Positions 60,221 to 64,000 of a stretch of DNA of 64,000 nt are shown piece by piece. Both the position numbers and the translations under genes were made by a program. A model generated the notes under the pieces. It worked only from the letters and a program-made list of their open reading frames with translations, did not search any database and was not told the origin of the DNA. Each line of letters opens with the position of its first letter. The stretch's first letter is position 1. This DNA comes from an uncultured delta proteobacterium (GTDB lineage Bacteria > Myxococcota_A > Polyangia > Palsa-1104). The stretch lies in the NCBI GenBank assembly GCA_963785725.1, contig CAWAWS010000019.1:132323-196322 (forward strand). Reading direction: 5' to 3'.

Positions 60221-61615
60221 GTGACGACAACGGCGACGGTGCAGATTCGGCTGGTGAAGCCGTTGGAGCGGAGTATTCGCGCGGGCCATCCGTGGATCTA
60301 CCGGGACGCGCTGGCGATCGGCGGCGCGGACGCGAAAGGCGCGGCGGGCGCGCGGTTTGCGGCGGCTGCGGGCGGTCGTGCGGTCGGCGGTCGCGCGGCG
60401 GGTGGTCGTGCGGCCGGCGGCGCCGATGCGGGACGGGGTGCGGCGGCGACTGGCGCGAAAGGCGCGGCGCGTGGGGACTTGCGGGCGGGCGCGCGCGGAC
60501 TTAACCCATCGGACAACGGGGGGTTCTCCGTCGGCGGCCCGAGCACAGGCTCCGCCGTCGACATTATCGGCGCCGACGGCAAATTTGTTGCGCGTGGCCT
60601 CTACGACGCCAAATCCGCCATCGCCGTCCGCGTCGTCACGCTCGATCGCGGCCAGCCGCTCGATGCGGCACTCATCCGCAGTCGCATCGCCCTCGGCCTG
60701 CGCGCCCGCCGCGGCACGATCGACGCGGCGACGACCACCGCCTTCCGCTGGCTCAACGGCGAAGGCGACTTTTTGCCCGGCGTGGTCATCGACGTCTACG
60801 GCACCGTCGCCATCCTCCGCCTCGACGGTGACGCCGTGCGCGTCTGGCGCGACTGGATCGTCGCCGCCATCGTCGACGTCGGCCGCGCGCTCGGCATCAC
60901 CCACGTCTACGAGCGCTCGCGCGGCGGTCGCGGCGAGGCGTTGCACGGCGGCGAGCCACCGTCGCCCATCGAGATCCGCGAGCACGACGTCCGCTTCACG
61001 GTCGACGTCATGAAGGGGCAAAAGACCGGCTTCTTCCTCGATCAGCGCGAAAATCGCCGCGCCATTCGCGCGCTTCGCCGGCGGAGTCGACGTCGTCAAC
61101 TGCTTCGGCTACACCGGCGGCTTCAGCGTCAACGCCGCGCTCGCGCGGCGCCCATCGCGTCACGACCGTCGACGTCGCCGCGCCGGCGCTCGTCGACGCG
61201 CGCGGCCAACTTCGCGCTCAACGGCATCGACCCGGCGCTGCACGGCTTCGACGCCGAAGACGCCTTCGACTGGCTCGAGCGCGCCCGCACGCAGCGGCGG
61301 ACCTTCGGGCTCGTCATCACCAATCCGCCGAGCTTCGCGCCGTCGGAAAAGGCGCTGCAGAAGGCGCTCACCGCCTATCGCGACCTGCACGCGCGCGCGC
61401 TCGCCATCGTCGACGAAGGCGGCATCTTCGTCGCGGCCAGCTGCTCCAGCCACGTCACGATGGACGCGTTCATCGGCACCTTGCGCGACGCCGCCGACAA
61501 GACGCGCCGGCCGCTCCGGCTGCTCGAAGTGCGCGGCCAGCCCGCCGACCACCCGACGACGCCCGCCTTCGTCGAGGGCCGCTATTTGAAGTGCGTCATC
61601 TGCCGCGTCGACTGA
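60221..61615 (+). CDS. rlmI: RlmI-like class I SAM-dependent rRNA methyltransferase (Gly/Ala insertion in the PUA domain; indels at ~61075-61200)
   Basis: GHPWIY, GEGD.LPG..ID.Y, GQKTGFFLDQRENR, [D/N]PPSF, SCS and YLK motifs. Confidence 0.85.
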   Translation: MTTTATVQIRLVKPLERSIRAGHPWIYRDALAIGGADAKGAAGARFAAAAGGRAVGGRAAGGRAAGGADAGRGAAATGAKGAARGDLRAGARGLNPSDNGGFSVGGPSTGSAVDIIGADGKFVARGLYDAKSAIAVRVVTLDRGQPLDAALIRSRIALGLRARRGTIDAATTTAFRWLNGEGDFLPGVVIDVYGTVAILRLDGDAVRVWRDWIVAAIVDVGRALGITHVYERSRGGRGEALHGGEPPSPIEIREHDVRFTVDVMKGQKTGFFLDQRENRRAIRALRRRSRRRQLLRLHRRLQRQRRARAAPIASRPSTSPRRRSSTRAANFALNGIDPALHGFDAEDAFDWLERARTQRRTFGLVITNPPSFAPSEKALQKALTAYRDLHARALAIVDEGGIFVAASCSSHVTMDAFIGTLRDAADKTRRPLRLLEVRGQPADHPTTPAFVEGRYLKCVICRVD

Positions 61616-61622
61616 CGCGCGA

Positions 61623-62048
61623 TCAGCCGAGGCAGCGGTCGGCGAAGGCGCGAATGCGGCGCAACGTCTGACGCTCGCCGCGCGCGGTCGGAAATTCGCG
61701 CGCGCGGTCGAGGCAGCCGAGGTCGCTGCAGACGTAAACGCCGACGCTGTGGCCGCGGTCGATGCTGACGCTCATCAGCTTGATGGCGCCTTGCCCGCGC
61801 ACCGAGTGACACCAGCGGCACATGGCCATGATGCTGGCGCTGCCGCCGGAACAGCGGGCGAAGACGAGACCGCGCGGCTGCTTAGCAGCGCCGTCGGCGA
61901 ACAGCAGGAACGCGCGCGGCCCGACGGTCCACGCGAGGACGTCGTAGACGCGCAGCGGCAGCCTCAGATCGGGCGCCAGCTCGACGTCGCGCCGATCGAT
62001 CCGCCGGAAGCAGTCGAGCAGCTCGGCCTCGCTCGTCACCGTCACCAT
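61623..62048 (-). CDS. FBP-domain (FusB-like C-terminal treble-clef zinc finger) protein
   Basis: MCRWCH...GVYVCSDLGC; CATAAT-6-ATG start. Confidence 0.7.
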   Translation of the reverse strand: MVTVTSEAELLDCFRRIDRRDVELAPDLRLPLRVYDVLAWTVGPRAFLLFADGAAKQPRGLVFARCSGGSASIMAMCRWCHSVRGQGAIKLMSVSIDRGHSVGVYVCSDLGCLDRAREFPTARGERQTLRRIRAFADRCLG

Positions 62049-62327
62049 GCGCCGATTATGCGCACGCTCGGCCACGCGCCAAGCGGCCACGATCACCGAC
62101 CATCGCGCACGACCGCGTGTGCTTGCGCGTGAATCGGCGCTCGTGTCCAACGTTGCGCTTGGGGGCGAACGCGGCGCTTCGAGACCGAGCCCGCGATAAG
62201 CCTCGCGATGCCCGTGCGCGCTCGACCGATGGCCGATTCCGACGGAGCTGCGCCGCGCGCGGGCACAGCCCGCCCGCTGCGTCGCAGCCAATCCGCCCAA
62301 CCCACACCACCGCGCGCCCGCCACGAC

Positions 62328-62432
62328 CGACGCCCGAAATCCCCCGCGACCGCTACGACCCCCGAAATCCCCCGCGACCGCAACGACGCCCGAAATCCCC
62401 GCGACCGCTACGACCCCCGAAATCCCCCGCGA
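62328..62432. repeat. About four tandem 27-28 bp units
   Basis: CCCGAAATCCCCCGCGACCGCWACGACS; GAAAT at 62336, 62364, 62392 and 62419. Confidence 0.9.
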
Positions 62433-62450
62433 TCCCGACCGGCCGTCGCG

Positions 62451-63512
62451 CTAGTCGACCGCCTTATACGGATCGAACTTCGGCACCCCCGGCCGCCCGT
62501 TCACCTTGCGCAGCTCCTCGTCGCTGAACGCGTCCGTCGTCCCCGCCGGCAGCCGCTCCCGCACGAACGCCTCGATCGTCGTCCGCGCCTTCTTCGCCGC
62601 CGGCCCGAGGTCGACGTCGTTGCCGCTCGCCTCGCGCCACATCTGGTACAAAATGCGCCGCCGATCCTTCGCCGACAGCGTCGTATCACCCCAGACGCTC
62701 TCGAGATGCGCCGGCAGCGACGCCAACGACGCCTCCAGCCGATCGCGCTGCGCCCGCGCCGACAGCTCGCCGCGCAGCTTGCCCGTCAGCTCCATGAAGC
62801 GCTCTTTCTCGTAGCGATAGGGATCCTGCTTCTTGGCGCGCATGGCGATGTCGGTGATGTCGAAGCCGCCCGACAAGCCCTTGAAGTCGCGGATGGTGTG
62901 CTCGTCGAAGTTGACCCGGCCGTCCATCGCGATGTGCGCCGAGAACGACGGACCGTTGTAATGGTAGCCGTCACCCTCGAGCGTGAGTGGAAAGCGGTCC
63001 TCTTTGACGTCGGCGAGCTTGCCGAGCAGCGGATCGCCGGCGTCGCCGCGCGGCTTCCACGGCTTGCGCGGCGCTTGCCCGCCGAACGTGCCCGAGCCGT
63101 CGCCTTTGCCGCCCGCGGCGCCGGGCAGCGTAATGCCGCCCAGGCCATGCACCGACAGATCGATCGGCCCTTGCCGCATCGACAGCGATGACGACTGCTG
63201 CTGCGGCGGTTGCGGCTGCGGCTCGGCCTGCTGCTGCGGCGGTTGCGGCTGCGTCGTCGTCAGCGGTTCCGGCTTGGGCGCGATCGCGGGCGCTACTTTG
63301 AGCTTCTCCGGCTTCGGCGCCGGCCGCTCGGTCGGCTTGGTCTCGCGCGTCGTCAGCTGCTCCACTTTCGGCGCTGGCGGCAGCTTGGTCTGAATCTCGA
63401 CGGAGATGGTGCGATCGACGCGCGACAGCTCACGCGCCGGTAGCCGCAAGGCTATCAGCAGCAGCGCCCCGTGGGCGACGATGGAGAAGACGACGGGAAC
63501 CGGAAGCCGCAC
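62451..63512 (-). CDS. Membrane-anchored protein with a TonB-like N-terminus (TM S..H motif, Pro/Gln-rich spacer) and an unassigned C-terminal domain
   Basis: FSIVAHGALLL TM segment; PKPEP/QPQP linker. Confidence 0.7.
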   Translation of the reverse strand: MRLPVPVVFSIVAHGALLLIALRLPARELSRVDRTISVEIQTKLPPAPKVEQLTTRETKPTERPAPKPEKLKVAPAIAPKPEPLTTTQPQPPQQQAEPQPQPPQQQSSSLSMRQGPIDLSVHGLGGITLPGAAGGKGDGSGTFGGQAPRKPWKPRGDAGDPLLGKLADVKEDRFPLTLEGDGYHYNGPSFSAHIAMDGRVNFDEHTIRDFKGLSGGFDITDIAMRAKKQDPYRYEKERFMELTGKLRGELSARAQRDRLEASLASLPAHLESVWGDTTLSAKDRRRILYQMWREASGNDVDLGPAAKKARTTIEAFVRERLPAGTTDAFSDEELRKVNGRPGVPKFDPYKAVD

Positions 63513-63557
63513 CAAACAATCCTAATCATTGGACGCTCGAAGCGGCCAATCGGTTGG

Positions 63558-64000
63558 TTATTTAGCACGAATTACCGCGAGGCCAGTCGCCATCGACGCA
63601 TAAATGGCGCGCGGCGTCACCGTCGAGTCGATGGAAATGCGTGTGACGCCGCTGACACCTGCGAACGTCGTGACGAGGCCGGTCGCCGGATCGAAGCGCA
63701 AGAGCGTCCCGCCCGATTGCTGCACGATCCACAAGGTGCCATCGACATCGGCCTGCACGTCGATGAGATCGACCGGCACCTGCGGATAATACTGGATGGT
63801 CGTGTAGTTGGTCGTCTTCGGATCCCAGCTGACGAGGCCGCCCAAGCTGCCGCTCTGATTCAGGCGCGCCAGCCACAAGCGGCCGTCGGGCGTGACGGCG
63901 GCGCCGCGATTGTTCTCCTGATAGCCGGCCGGCTCGTACGTCGGTCCATTTTGGTAGCCGAGCCCGTGATCGAGCGTGTCGGTCGTGAACGCGAACATGA
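63558..64000 (-). CDS. C-terminus of a beta-propeller protein, 5' end outside the window
   Basis: TPDGRLW, DVDGTLW and RFDP repeats. Confidence 0.7.
   Translation of the reverse strand, partial: MFAFTTDTLDHGLGYQNGPTYEPAGYQENNRGAAVTPDGRLWLARLNQSGSLGGLVSWDPKTTNYTTIQYYPQVPVDLIDVQADVDGTLWIVQQSGGTLLRFDPATGLVTTFAGVSGVTRISIDSTVTPRAIYASMATGLAVIRAK

Noticed and set aside
56880..61210. Second frameshift cluster (lipoprotein, hydrolase, ygiQ, rlmI)
   Set aside because: Same error-like pattern; not treated as biology without read evidence.
62328..62432. 28-bp repeat as a CRISPR array
   Set aside because: The units are contiguous, with no spacers.

Overview
A 64 kb gene-dense, GC-rich bacterial chromosomal segment. 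Gene content points to Myxococcota, probably Polyangia-like; this is an inference from the ECF/anti-sigma pair, PilZ, FHA and DUF4388-DnaJ-TPR proteins, many secreted lipoproteins and sigma54 sites. No rRNA, tRNA, CRISPR array, transposase or prophage was recognised. Main blocks: (1) mutM and an ECF sigma/anti-sigma pair; (2) a minus-strand operon encoding an M48-like protein lacking HExxH, two dynamin-like GTPases (one TPR-fused) and an archaeal-type RNase HII with a QLGLF beta-clamp-like tail; (3) mixed signalling, envelope and sugar-nucleotide genes, including an orphan MutH/Sau3AI-like nuclease; (4) a split ethanolamine locus with eutB, eutC and an apparent EutL(BMC-T)-EutT fusion, but no other microcompartment genes in the window; (5) ligA; (6) a ~12 kb futalosine menaquinone operon with an MqnA-MqnC fusion, a degenerate MqnE-like paralogue, its own DAHP synthase, an embedded GbsR/MarR regulator with a candidate palindromic operator, and a 3x68 bp repeat whose units form a chain of translationally coupled 23-codon ORFs; (7) a YgiQ radical SAM gene, rlmI-like and FBP-domain genes. 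Indels cluster at ~18.6, 32-39 and 57-61 kb, including in ligA, and are most likely sequencing or assembly errors. All family calls come from motif recognition by eye; no database search was run.
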